A stretch of DNA of 64,000 nt from an uncultured Methanosarcinaceae archaeon (GCA_963833425.1 CAWHXP010000020.1:63388-127387), one strand, 5' to 3'. Shown: positions 23,350 through 34,690, counted from the first letter of the stretch. Numbers and translations are program-made. Notes: generated from the sequence alone by a model not told the origin.

Positions 23350-24246
23350 TCACATCTCTTTCAGTCTCTTAATTCTCTCATCAATGGGTGGATGTGTGGC
23401 GAATAGAGAATTCGCATTTTTAAAAAGTAATGGATTAGTAAAATAAAGATGCGAAACAGCCCCATTCACCTTGGTATTAACATTATTGTCCTTAATCTTC
23501 TCAAGTGCAGAAGCAAGCCCCATAGGATTGCGCGTAAGGTACGCCCCACTTGAATCAGCAAGATACTCTCTCTGCCGTGAAACTGCGAGCTGAATCAACT
23601 GCGTGAAAATCGGTGCAAGTATAGCAAATACAATACCAATCCCCAAAAATATAATATTTCCATCCCTTCTGTCTCTGTTTCCACCAGAAAACCACAGACT
23701 TCTAAGAAAAATTTGTGAAGCAATCACTATAATACCAACAAGCACAGCAATCATCGAAGCGAATCTGATATCATAATTATTAATATGAGACATCTCATGT
23801 GCAATCACGCCCTCAAGCTCCTCTCTATTCATGGTCTTAAGAAGCGCAGATGTCACCGCAAGAACAGCATGCTTCGGGTCTCTCCCAGTCGCAAAAGCAT
23901 TTAGATTAATATCATCATCAATAATCACAAAACGTGGTGCAGGAATTCCTGCTGCTATCGCAAGCCCTTCAACAACATTCGAAAGACGTTCATTCTCAAG
24001 TGGCTTCGGTTCACGAGTCTTCGTCACTGCAAGCACAATAGTATCTGAATACCAGTAAGAGGCAATCGTGCCAAGAGTAGAAAGAACCACAGCGATAACC
24101 AAAAAGAGAAAAACAAGCGAAGGATCATAGATTTGCGCAAATACATAGCCAAAACCCACTAGGACAATGCTTACAATTCCAACAAGGATAAACGAATTTC
24201 TCTTATTCGCAGCTATTTGCTCTTCCATAGTTCGCAAAGACATCAC
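23350..24246 (-). CDS. htpX: HtpX-like M48 zinc metalloprotease
   Basis: NAFATG, HEMSH, SRQREYLAD, THPP. Confidence 0.93.
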   Translation of the reverse strand: MMSLRTMEEQIAANKRNSFILVGIVSIVLVGFGYVFAQIYDPSLVFLFLVIAVVLSTLGTIASYWYSDTIVLAVTKTREPKPLENERLSNVVEGLAIAAGIPAPRFVIIDDDINLNAFATGRDPKHAVLAVTSALLKTMNREELEGVIAHEMSHINNYDIRFASMIAVLVGIIVIASQIFLRSLWFSGGNRDRRDGNIIFLGIGIVFAILAPIFTQLIQLAVSRQREYLADSSGAYLTRNPMGLASALEKIKDNNVNTKVNGAVSHLYFTNPLLFKNANSLFATHPPIDERIKRLKEM

Positions 24247-24281
24247 ACCCTAACAAAATAAAGAGAAGGAAAATATTACTA

Positions 24282-24830
24282 TTAGAACTGAACCTTTACA
24301 GGCTCTCTTTCCTTAGACTCAGTCTCCAGATAAGTCCTTGTCTTCTTACCAAGTATTCCAGCAAAAATAGAGCCCGGTAGAGTAGTAACCAAGTTATTAA
24401 AAACAAGCACACTGTCATTATAGTGCTGCCTTGCATAAGCAACCTTATTCTCAATTCCAGAAAGCTCTTCCTGAAGCATAAGGAAATTCTGATTTGCCTT
24501 AAGTTCTGGATAATTTTCGGCTATTGCAAAAAGCGATTTAAGAGTCCCAAAAAGCATATTTCCAGCTTGATCCTTTTCTTCAATCGTCTTTGCGCCCATC
24601 ATCCTTGCTCTTGCATCAGAAACAGCCTCAAAAATTGATTTTTCATGCGCTGCATAACCCTTCACAGTTTCGACAAGATTTGGCACAAGGTCAGCCCTTT
24701 TCTTCAGCTGAACATCAATCTGAGCCCATGAATTATCTATTGTGTTAGAAAGCACATTAAGTCTGTTAAAATAATACACAAAGACTAGCACAAGTACCAA
24801 CAGTACGCCTAAAACGATATACTCCATCAT
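24282..24830 (-). CDS. lemA: LemA family protein
   Basis: IDVQLKKRADLVPNLVETVKGYA, AENYPELKANQNF. Confidence 0.95.
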   Translation of the reverse strand: MMEYIVLGVLLVLVLVFVYYFNRLNVLSNTIDNSWAQIDVQLKKRADLVPNLVETVKGYAAHEKSIFEAVSDARARMMGAKTIEEKDQAGNMLFGTLKSLFAIAENYPELKANQNFLMLQEELSGIENKVAYARQHYNDSVLVFNNLVTTLPGSIFAGILGKKTRTYLETESKEREPVKVQF

Positions 24831-24928
24831 ACAACTACCTCACAATATGTATATAATCTACTATCTACTACATCCAACTTTCTACAGGGTTGGATAGTTC
24901 ACTTATCTTAAGCGAAGTATAAGTTTTT

Positions 24929-26248
24929 TCAAAAAAAGTCTAACTTTGTAGACCTTGCTAATGGCCTTTTTAATTTTGACAAAACAATAGATTCAACATC
25001 AGTGTAATTATTTTTAATTATCTCGATATCCTGAATCTGAAACAAAGTTTCAATTACAGCCTCGATATCATTTGGCAAAGTTATATACCTAATATTACCC
25101 CGGCCTTCACGATACTCCGCATTAATAAGCTGTCTTGCAGAAAGAGTTGTTAATCGTGTTGATATGTATGTTTCGCCGTTTGGCTTTTGCTGTAAAAGTT
25201 CGCAAATTTTACGATATGTTACTACTATAACACCAGAATGTGCAGGAGTTTTTGAATTAGTTTGTTTGACAACATTATTAGCGATATAAACGGACAATAT
25301 CAAGTATTTGTCATGTAATGACATCCTTTTCAACATATCTATTGTGACTCTATCATTGACTACTTTTTCTGCCATATCTATATGTTCACTTGTAATTTTT
25401 GAGCCCTTCGTTTGGATTACAATTCTAGCAGCTTCGGCTAATATGTCAATGGCACGTCTAGCATCTCCATGATATCTATCCGCAACATTTTTAGCACAAT
25501 ACAAAATTACGTCATCAGAAATTACACCATCTGCAAAAGCATCTTTTCTTAACTGTAAAATTTCATACAATTCTTTATCATTATAATCTGGGAAATCACA
25601 ATACCTGAATCTTGCAGATGATTGCACTTTATTATTAAGTGTAGCTAAGAAGTCTTTTTGATTCGAGGCTGTTATAATTTCTATTGCTACATTACTCGAT
25701 TTTATTTTTTGATGTGCAAGCGCTCTACTGAACTGATAAAGGATATTGTCAGGTGATACGAAGGCATCTATTTCGTCAAAGAACAGAATTAATGTGTAAA
25801 ATGTATGTTCATGAGCTTTTTTATCTATTATAGACCAGATATCATTTAGATACTGATAAAATTGTCTCCCAGTTTGCATAGAGATGCCAGTTAACTGAGT
25901 CAATATTTCCACACACGCTGGAATTTCAGAAGAGAATGCTGTACAATCTATTACAACCGTATCAATTAGTATGTCTTTATCCTCTGCTTTTAACCCTTCA
26001 GTCAGGATTCTTAAAAGATATTTTACTGTGATTGTTTTGCCAACACCTGTATCTCCCCAAATATACATGTTACTAGGCTCACCCTGTCTCAAAATTGCAG
26101 AAAGATTATGGCCTATAACCTCCATTTGTTCATCTCTGGCAATTACAGTGTCAGGAACGTATCTACTATTTAGTAGATGCTCGCAAGCTATAATAGGACT
26201 AGCAGGGTCGAAAAACCTTGTATACGGCACTCTAATCTTATCTATCAA
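24929..26248 (-). CDS. cdc6: Orc1/Cdc6 family replication initiator
   Basis: Walker A GDTGVGKT, Walker B FFDEID, HGDARRAID, C-terminal winged helix; TTG start with GGTGG RBS. Confidence 0.92.
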   Translation of the reverse strand: MIDKIRVPYTRFFDPASPIIACEHLLNSRYVPDTVIARDEQMEVIGHNLSAILRQGEPSNMYIWGDTGVGKTITVKYLLRILTEGLKAEDKDILIDTVVIDCTAFSSEIPACVEILTQLTGISMQTGRQFYQYLNDIWSIIDKKAHEHTFYTLILFFDEIDAFVSPDNILYQFSRALAHQKIKSSNVAIEIITASNQKDFLATLNNKVQSSARFRYCDFPDYNDKELYEILQLRKDAFADGVISDDVILYCAKNVADRYHGDARRAIDILAEAARIVIQTKGSKITSEHIDMAEKVVNDRVTIDMLKRMSLHDKYLILSVYIANNVVKQTNSKTPAHSGVIVVTYRKICELLQQKPNGETYISTRLTTLSARQLINAEYREGRGNIRYITLPNDIEAVIETLFQIQDIEIIKNNYTDVESIVLSKLKRPLARSTKLDFF

Positions 26249-26370
26249 TATACCACCTACTTATTACATAGTCTATTTTAACATATAGAACTTACGATTT
26301 GAGAAGATATGATTGAAAGTACTTTTTTGACATCATGCGACACTATTAAATAACTACTTTCGATTGAGAT

Positions 26371-26746
26371 ACTTTCACTCGACCCCCTCCCCCCCTCCGC
26401 AAGTAATATAGTAGTTGTTGCAGGAAAAGAAAATAAATTTTTTGAAGCTTGTATGGATAAATTGTGATAATTTAGATTTTATTAGATATCTACTTATACT
26501 ATTAATTTCATAACTCTACAACAAGATATTTTTGATATATATCATTTTATCTGATAGATACCTTTTAGTCTCCAAACAAGCATCATAACTTCCTGAACCC
26601 TACCTACTATTAATATAAAATATTTCTATAAACCCCTATTTTTGGCTGGTCACTTATAAAGCTTGTATAAGCACTTTGGTGGAATTGGAGTTTGATCTAA
26701 CGTCTCTATAGTACCTTTGAGGGGGGAGGGGGTATTTAGTGAAAGT
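26371..26746. other. candidate replication origin (inverted G-string elements around an AT-rich core)
   Basis: ~41-bp imperfect inverted repeat at 26371-26411 and 26706-26746, lying between two divergent cdc6 genes. Confidence 0.6.
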
Positions 26747-26934
26747 TCTTGGTTTTTGTAAATTGAAAGTACAGTCAACCGATGCGCCTTCCAAAATCTA
26801 TATAGATCAAAAGAACTTATTTTAACCCCAACAGGATTTAAATTGGATGAATCTACTTCCCTATACAGGTACGCTGCCCTAGAAAAGAATGGGGCTGAAG
26901 CAGCTTGGAGCAAGTTAATAACTATCACAACTTT

Positions 26935-27170
26935 AAAGGCAGAATGAACTGGTAAACGTGTAGAGTTTGTTGACCCAAGAAATACATCTCAAATGCGCTC
27001 TGGATGTGGTAGAATAATGAGAAGAATTATCAGACAGAACATATAGTTATCTTTTCTGTAGTTTGATAGTGGATAGAGATTATAATACCGTCATTAGCAT
27101 ACTATGACTGGGATTCTAATTTGTGGAATGAGCCTAAATGCTAGTGGCTTCAGTCATGAGAGTCGCCACT
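26935..27170 (+). pseudogene. tnpB: IS200/IS605 tnpB 3' remnant with right end
   Basis: KAE*TGKRVEFVDPRNTSQMRSGCG...DRDYN, a degenerate zinc-finger/RuvC-III region. Confidence 0.75.
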
Positions 27171-27823
27171 AAATCTTCAATCCTATTAGTTGCTTTTGTT
27201 GGCAATAGTGTCTGTGTGGTTTAACGCTAAGTATTGAATTTTTCTCCCTAGACAAGCATCAGCGTTGCAGGTGGTGGATTAAAGCCTTCAACTTTATATA
27301 ATTTTTAAGGTAGAATATGTATATATAGCTATAGTTCTTTATTTAATTAGATAACTATCAAATACAATCTCGATCAATGGAGCTATTTGTTTGTGCACTC
27401 CACTACCATTTTGTACCATGCGCAAAATACAGAAGAAAACCTATTTATGTTCAATAGATAGTGGATTTACTGGAATCTAAAATTCATGATACGCCTTCTT
27501 AGAAGCGTGTTATGATTTGTGATTGCGATACCTATATTGATAGGGATCGAAATAGTTCTATCATTATTAAGCCATGTTTCCTACCCCAAAATACAGATGG
27601 AGGGGATATCAATAACTTGTTGACCTTCGATAATATAGAATTCCCGATGGACATTAAATTTGAGAACAGATGAAGGAATTGCTCGAAGGAATTCCCTTCT
27701 TCGGAGGGTATCAACTCGCTAGAGGGGAGAAGTTCACACTTATCCACGTGAATTGTTTATTTGTTGGTTATAGAGTTATTTTTCCAACAAAATTTAAATA
27801 CAACTGCCAACAATTAGCATACG

Positions 27824-29083
27824 ATGATTTCTGAAGACACCGAGATAACTGATTACGAAGAAATTTTTGAAACACGTCAAACAAAAATTTTTAAAGATTC
27901 TAGTGTGTTATCTCCTGATTATATTCCCAAAAAGCTAATTGGACGAACAAAAGAAGTATTGGAACTTGCCAAGGTCTTCAAGCCGATTGATTATAAGGGT
28001 TATCCGTTCAATGCCTTAATTTTTGGGAAAACTGGTTCTGGCAAGACAGTTGTAACAAAGTTCCTACTACAAAAATTGATGGAACGACTTGAAGCGACTC
28101 CTAATATCATGGATCATCATATTCAATGTATCTATATCCAATGCAAGACCAATTGTACAATAAATGGGGTATTAAATGAGATCATTAAACATGTAGATCC
28201 AGCAAATAAAATGCCTCGAAAGGGTTTTGCTCTTGGTTACTATTATGAAGAACTCTGGAATGTAATAAAAGAAAAAAGTGTGTCACTTGTAGTTGTGTTC
28301 GATGAGATAGACCGCTTAAAGGATGATGAAATCCTTTACAATTTAAGTAGAGCTGGAGAAATGCAAAAGCTGCCAGAAAGGCATTTTATCTGTATAATTG
28401 GAATTTCTAATGACCTTGATTATGGTAAGGAGTTAGATAGCCGGGTTATTTCTTCAATGAGTCCGAAAGATCATGTTTTTGCTCCGTACAATGCAGAGCA
28501 AATTATTATGATTTTGAATGAGCGTGTAAAGATAGCTTTTTGTGATGGCGTTGTGCCCCAAGAAACAATCAATTTATGCGCTGCTTATGCGGCTCAAGAT
28601 CACGGAGATGCTAGAAAAGCCATAAAGCATCTGAAAATGGCTGCTGTATATGCAGAAGAGAATGATTTTTCTCAAGTGCTACCTGAACATGTAGAGGCTA
28701 CTTTAGAAAGTTTAGATGTCGATAGGATTCAGGATATGGCAACGTATCTTCCACTACATGAAAAAATTGTTCTTCTTGCTATTTTAAAACTAACAAATTA
28801 TGGAAATCCAAGTACTAACTCTCAAACTGTAACTAGTTTGTACAATCAGATGTGTTTTGAAATTCATAAGAAGCCACTGCATCGAACAACAATAGCTAGT
28901 AAATTTGGAGATTTCAAGATGATAGGCCTCATAAAAACCTCTTCCGTGAGAAAGGGGAAGGGTGGAGGATGGAAAGATATTAGGCTATCAGTTCCTTCAG
29001 GTAGTGCAATTGAAGAAGTATTATATCAGGATTATAATTTAGAGATGTTGAGGGATTTCAAGCCTGCTCCATTTTCAAATTGA
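27824..29083 (+). CDS. cdc6: Orc1/Cdc6 family replication initiator
   Basis: IFKDSSVLSPDYIP, GKTGSGKT, VFDEID, HGDARKAI. Confidence 0.93.
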   Translation: MISEDTEITDYEEIFETRQTKIFKDSSVLSPDYIPKKLIGRTKEVLELAKVFKPIDYKGYPFNALIFGKTGSGKTVVTKFLLQKLMERLEATPNIMDHHIQCIYIQCKTNCTINGVLNEIIKHVDPANKMPRKGFALGYYYEELWNVIKEKSVSLVVVFDEIDRLKDDEILYNLSRAGEMQKLPERHFICIIGISNDLDYGKELDSRVISSMSPKDHVFAPYNAEQIIMILNERVKIAFCDGVVPQETINLCAAYAAQDHGDARKAIKHLKMAAVYAEENDFSQVLPEHVEATLESLDVDRIQDMATYLPLHEKIVLLAILKLTNYGNPSTNSQTVTSLYNQMCFEIHKKPLHRTTIASKFGDFKMIGLIKTSSVRKGKGGGWKDIRLSVPSGSAIEEVLYQDYNLEMLRDFKPAPFSN

Positions 29084-29494
29084 GGAAAGAAAGACTATGT
29101 AGGTATTGAATATTTTGCAGTTATTTCGACAGGAGATAAAATTGAGAATCCTAAATATCTAAAAAATTTTCTGCAAAGATTGAAATATCTACTGAAGAGA
29201 GTTTCATCTAAAATAAAAGGTTCAAATAACCGCAATAAAGCTAAATTGCACCTTTCAAAATCTAGACCAAAAAGATTATTACAGAGATCGAAAATATTTA
29301 GGAAATCAGGCAAACATTTTTGAATAAGCAAAAGAAAATTAGCTCCCGATTTTCGATATCAATAACTATTTTGCAAAATAAATCCTTTAAGAGAATTCAT
29401 CCTATCTAGAAAAAATAGCAATAGGTTTTGTTGAGTTTGGGATTATGACAGCGGATAATGGAAACTTGGTCATTTAAAATTTAAGTAAGTGAAT

Positions 29495-29870
29495 TTACCA
29501 AAATCTCCACCACGGTTTTTTAGCTCCAGGTGCTTCTATAGCTTTCTGATTGATGAGAGTTTGGACCTGTAGAACATGTTTATTGTACATTTCAATCAGA
29601 TCCTCTTTATCCTTCTTTAAGTCCTCTATCTGATTTTGTGCTTCTTCCAATCTTTTTTCCATTTCTGGAAATCGTGCTTCCTGGTTGCTTCCCAATGTTC
29701 CGGATTGCTTCCTAATGCTTCCTGGTTGCTTCCCAGTTCCTGATGTTCGATAAGCTTTTCAAATGCTGTAATTACGGCCTTTGTGGGGCTATCATATCCT
29801 AATGCTTCTACTTTCTTCCAAAGGCCTCCGGGACACCAAACATTGATTTTGTGTTTTCTTCCGCTGTCAT
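29495..29870 (-). CDS. RHH-like DNA-binding/coiled-coil protein ending KKPWWRFW (DUF3967-like tail); two 1-nt frameshifts
   Basis: Reconstructed: KHKINVWCPGGLWKKVEALGYDSPTKAVITAFEKLIE-(LGSNQEA-type)x3-coiled coil-KKPWWRFW. Confidence 0.7.
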
Positions 29871-29899
29871 GAGGAAGTTTTAGGAATTAATTCAATATG

Positions 29900-30680
29900 A
29901 AACTTCCTACATTTCCTACTGTTTATCAATATTTCCTAATGCTTCTCTATTCTTTTTTCGCTTGCAGTTCTTATTTTCTTCCCGATGCTTCCTATATTTC
30001 TCCCTCATGCTTTCTATATGACTTCCTATTGTTTCTGGATTGCTTTCTTGTACTTCCTATTTTCTTCCTGCTTTCTGCTCATTTCTTCTTATTTGCTTCC
30101 TAATTCCTCTTAAATACTTCTATTGCTTCTTTATTTTCTTGCTTCTATTTTCTTCCTAATGCTTCCTCTATATCGCCTTCATGTTTTCTATACGGCTTCC
30201 TATTGTTTCTGGATTGCTTTCTTACTTCCTACTTGCTTCCTTATTCTTCCTATTTGCTTCCTGCTTTCTGCTCATTTCTTCTTATTTGCTTCCTATTACC
30301 TCTTAAATACTTCTATTGCTTCTTTATTTTCTTGCTTCTATTTTCTTCCTTATGCTTCCTATATATCGCCTTCATGTTTTCTATATGACTTCCTATTGTT
30401 TCTGGATTGCTTTCTTACTTCCTACTTGCTTCCTTATTCTTCCTATTTGCTTCCTGCTTTCTGCTCATTTCTTCTTATTTGCTTCCTAATTCCCTCTTAA
30501 ATACCTCTATTGCGTCTTTATTCGCTTGCTTCTATTTTCTTCCTTATGCTTCCTATATATCGCCTTCATGTTTTCTTATGGACTTCCCATTGTTCCTGGA
30601 TTGCTTTCTCTTACTTCCTATTGCTTCCTATTCTTCCTAATTGTTTTCTAATTCATCCTGGATTAATTCCTAATACTTAC
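29900..30680. repeat. pyrimidine-rich tandem array: ~4 units of 174-194 bp built from ~10-11-bp phased CTTCC motifs
   Basis: CTGGATTGC anchor at 30035, 30209, 30402 and 30596. Confidence 0.9.
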
Positions 30681-30945
30681 TAATTATTTCTAATTGGCTA
30701 TGTGTCTACTTGTCTGTAATATAACAAATTTCAAGAATTTTTTGAGAATGAAATTCCACGTTTAGTATTGCTTGTTTACGAGACATTTTCTTATTTTCTG
30801 GGTTTTTGATTGATTGCAGTTAATTGACGGTGGAATTAATGGTAACTTTTTGCGATTCCCGAGATATTAATAACATAATTTTAGGCAAAAAGGGTGAACT
30901 TTTAAGCTTATAGAATTTTTATAATAGAAGATTCAATTAGATTCA

Positions 30946-31983
30946 ATGGAAAGACTTGTAAAAATGGTAATGGCACTTTTAACCATTATCCTCCTAACTG
31001 CAGTTATTGTTTATGCAACACTTCCTTATATAAACTATTTTTTAGGGGCCTTTATCCTTTACATTATATTCAGATCCATTTATCATTTTTTGTAAAGAAA
31101 ACCAGGCTCAATAAACAATTAGCGGCAGTTTTGGTGATAATTATTTCAATATGTGTTGTACTCATTCCATTGTATTTTCTCCTAGGTATAATTATTAATG
31201 AAATACAACAGCTTTTACTTAACCAGGCTTTATTATTACATCTATTAGATCTGAAAACCAATTTCTCACTACTTATCTTTCAGGGCTGGGTATTCCTACT
31301 GATGTTCTCCAAAAACAGATACAAGAAAGGGTTATGAGCATTGGTTCTGAAGCTGTCAATTACACAAGTAAGTTCATTCTTGGTTCAATTCAGATATTGA
31401 GCCAGCAGTCTATAGGCCTCTTAATTATGTATTTTTTGTTTTACTACCTCTTAACAGGAGAAGATTCTATTTTTGCACACAAAATTTATGCGGCAGTTCC
31501 ATTCAATGAAGAAAAACATCCACTCTACTGGACGAGTTCAGAAGAATTGTCAGGACAACTATGATTTCTAACGGGGCTATAGCCCTTTTTCAGGGTGCAA
31601 TTCTGACTATCACTTTTTTGATCGTAAAAATTCAGGGAGCTTTTCTCTGGGGTTCTATTGCAACACTCCTTTCTTTTTTGCCAGTTTTCGGATCAACTTT
31701 AGTCTGGGTTCCTGCAACAGTTATTGAGTTTCTACTGGGAGATTATACTGCAGGGAGTGCTATTCTTGCTGCAGGGATATTTGTAGGTGTAGTGGATAGT
31801 TTTCTTAGGCCCATGATCCAGAAAAGAGTTGGAGAAATACATCCTTTTCTATCTCTTATTGGGATTATCATAGGAGTATCCCTTTTTGGATTGATCGGAA
31901 TCATTATAGGCCCACTTCTCCTTTCCTACTTTATTCTGACCTTAGAAATGTTTTCCAAGGAGTACCTTTCTGAGCTGAAGTAA
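30946..31983 (+). CDS. AI-2E family transporter (several frameshifts)
   Basis: SFLPVFGSTLVWVP, DSFLRP, HPFLSLIGIIIGVSLFGLIGIIIGP. Confidence 0.8.
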
Positions 31984-32340
31984 AAATATAATTGTGAGGG
32001 TATTAAATGAAAGACAGACAAAATATAGGGGTGGCTAGCACAAATAATGTTATAAGCCAAAACCAGACCACAGACACAATAACAGTGGACTTTTATGATG
32101 GTATAGTAAATAAAAATAGACGGAGTTACGCTAGTAAATTCGGTCCGTGGCTTGGATAAGTAACATTATGGAGATCCACTTAAAATTACAACTTAAGCGC
32201 GAAAACTGCAATTTCTAAACTCAGGTGCACTCTATGTCATGATGGGAAGCAAAAACCTTGCTATATTTACCTCACGTAGGATAAAAAATAAATGAAAATT
32301 AAATGACTATCCAACTTACAAATTGGTTTATCTAATCTAT

Positions 32341-32881
32341 TTAATAGCTTTTCTTATTTTTCAAAGCTATTTCATTCTGAGGGTTAATTTCGATTGATTT
32401 GTCATATGCTTTTATTGCTTCCTTGGACTTACCTGATTTATATAGAGCAACTCCTTTATTGTTCCAAGCCATTGAATTCTTCGGATTAATTTGAATTGAT
32501 TTGTCATATGCTTTTATGGCTTCACCGTATTTATTTAAATTGGCAAGAGCAACTCCTTTAGTGTACCAAGCATTTGAAGCCCTAGGGTTAATTTTAATTG
32601 CTTTGTCATATGCTTTTATTGCTTCATCATATTTATTTAAATGAGCATAGAACAAGTCCTTTATTAAACCAAGCATCTTCATTTTTTGTGTTAAGTTCAA
32701 TTGTTTTATCAAATGCTTTTATTGCTTCATCAAATTTGCCTGATCGGCCTAGATCCACTCCTTTATTGTACCAATCCTTCGCATCCTTCGGGTTGTCTGA
32801 TGCAGCAGCAACAATTCCTAGTGTAAGAATGAGCATTATAACAGTTGTCAATGCTATTTGATTTAGGGTAATTTTTTTCAT
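32341..32881 (-). CDS. secreted TPR protein (frameshift near 32648)
   Basis: Signal peptide followed by four WxNKG...EAIKAYDK repeats. Confidence 0.8.
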
Positions 32882-33977
32882 GCTTTTCTCCACATTTTCC
32901 AATTTTAATTTGTATCGATATATTTAGTTTTTTTCAGCTCACTAATTGTCAAGAATCTGTCTTGTAAGTAGTGAGCTTAATAATCTTCTGCAAACGTTCT
33001 AGTGAGTCAGTTTTGATCCTTTATAAATTAATCCATTAGGTGGACGATATACTGATTACCTTGAAGGTATATATATATACGTATTATATAATTAAGAATC
33101 TTTATACAAATGATTTGAAGCCAATAAAATACGAAATTTAGTTTCTCTTATGAGAGCAAAATAGTTCTAAAAATTGAATTCCATGTAAAAGAATAAGAGC
33201 TTGAAAATTAGATAATAGCCGGATAATTATCTGACATACTTGATACTATAGTGAAAGTCATTTTTATATGAGAATGTATCTCAAAATTTCTTTCTTTCTT
33301 TTTGAGATTTTTTGATATCTTCTAGAATTGTCAAGATTTGCCATTAATTCAACTAGCAAACAACTGTAATCAATTGAAAACCTACAAAATATAAAATCAA
33401 AGTTAGGTCAGTAAAACTATTGACTTTCCATCAATTTCAACGAAAAACAACATAATGAGTGTTAGAGAAGATTCAGAAATAACGAGGGCAATATAGATAG
33501 TCTTAAAAATGTCATTATTTCCCTGAAAATCAGGTGATCAACCCATTTAAATTATCCATGGAGATCCCAACTATCAACACGAAGTTAACAACAAAAAAAT
33601 ATTGTTTGTGCAGTTAGTGAGATAATAAAGCCGATACTTTAAAACTTATTTTTCCCTAACAGTTTAGCTCGTTTTCCTAGCAGACTGAAAGTTCCTATTT
33701 TTCATTGGGGAAATACACTGCCATATCTATGTCATTTTTTTTTCATTTTACATCTAAGATGGTTGTTTAGGCTAATTATTTCCGAGTTTAATATAGCCCT
33801 GATTTTAATCACAATGAAGATATATTAGGCAGTGTGCCAATTTTTCTGTAAAATCAAAAATCAGATATCTTTCTATTATTATCCCAGCGCTGATAACTTA
33901 GGCATTTATAGAACTTAAAATATTCAGAAAAATATTGCTTTTGTCTTCAATGAAGTGGAACGATATATATTAATAAG

Positions 33978-33998
33978 ATATTAACACCTTGTTAATAT
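33978..33998. promoter_or_regulatory. candidate toxin-antitoxin autoregulatory operator
   Basis: Perfect IR ATATTAACA-cct-TGTTAATAT immediately before the antitoxin start. Confidence 0.55.
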
Positions 33999-34005
33999 GG
34001 TATAT

Positions 34006-34218
34006 ATGGTTCAACCGATTATAAACATTGATGACTGGGCCAATAGAATTTTGAATATTATCAAAGCTAAATATGGTTTAAAAGATAAAAGTGCCGCCAT
34101 TAATCGAATGGCAGTTGAATATGAAAAAGAAATTTTGGAGCCAGAGTTAAAACCTGAATATATTGGAAAATTGAAAGGAATCAAAAAACAAAAAACGACA
34201 ACTATAAGCACTAGTTGA
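34006..34218 (+). CDS. DUF2683 family antitoxin
   Basis: MVQPIINIDDWANRILNIIKAKYGLKDKSAAIN...LEPELKPEY, upstream of a RelE-like gene. Confidence 0.75.
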   Translation: MVQPIINIDDWANRILNIIKAKYGLKDKSAAINRMAVEYEKEILEPELKPEYIGKLKGIKKQKTTTISTS

Positions 34219-34252
34219 AAACTTGAGAAATAGAAACTATTCCTTGATTTTT

Positions 34253-34518
34253 ATGTACAGTTTGGAAATCAAACCTGAACTTGATAGAAAATTTGAAAAG
34301 TTAGCAAAAAAGAATAAAAAACAATTTGAAATTATTATAACTAAAGCCAATGAGATCCTAGAAAATCCACATCGATACAAAGATCTAAGAGCACCAATGA
34401 ATCATCTCAAACGAGTACACATTGATAACATTTTGTGCTAATTTTTTCTATAAATGAAGAATCAGGAAGCGTTACACTGATTGATTATGATCACCATGAT
34501 GATATTTATAAGTACTAA
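34253..34518 (+). CDS. RelE/YafQ-like toxin (frameshift near 34428)
   Basis: MYSLEIKPELDRKFEKL...NPHRYKDLRAP...RVHI, continuing HFVLIFSI...DYDHHDDIYKY*. Confidence 0.8.
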
Positions 34519-34690
34519 GTTATTGAGCCTATCAGAGAATTGGTTATAGATTCTTTACTGTAGGATACCAAACCTTAATCCAAAAACATCACAGTCTTAT
34601 TTATTATTGACATTGTGCTGAAAGTTATGTAGAAGAGACTATTTCTCACCCTTTTCTTACATTATAAACCAAGGTTTTTTGATTTCATCG

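Noticed and set aside
27740..27748. DnaA-box-like TTATCCACG before cdc6
   Set aside because: Single imperfect 9-mer in an archaeal context; expected by chance.
29897..30640. Leu/Phe/Ser-rich ORFs on the + strand
   Set aside because: By-products of the pyrimidine-rich repeat array; open in several frames with no RBS.
29900..30680. Possible CRISPR array
   Set aside because: No constant repeat with unique spacers, and no cas genes.
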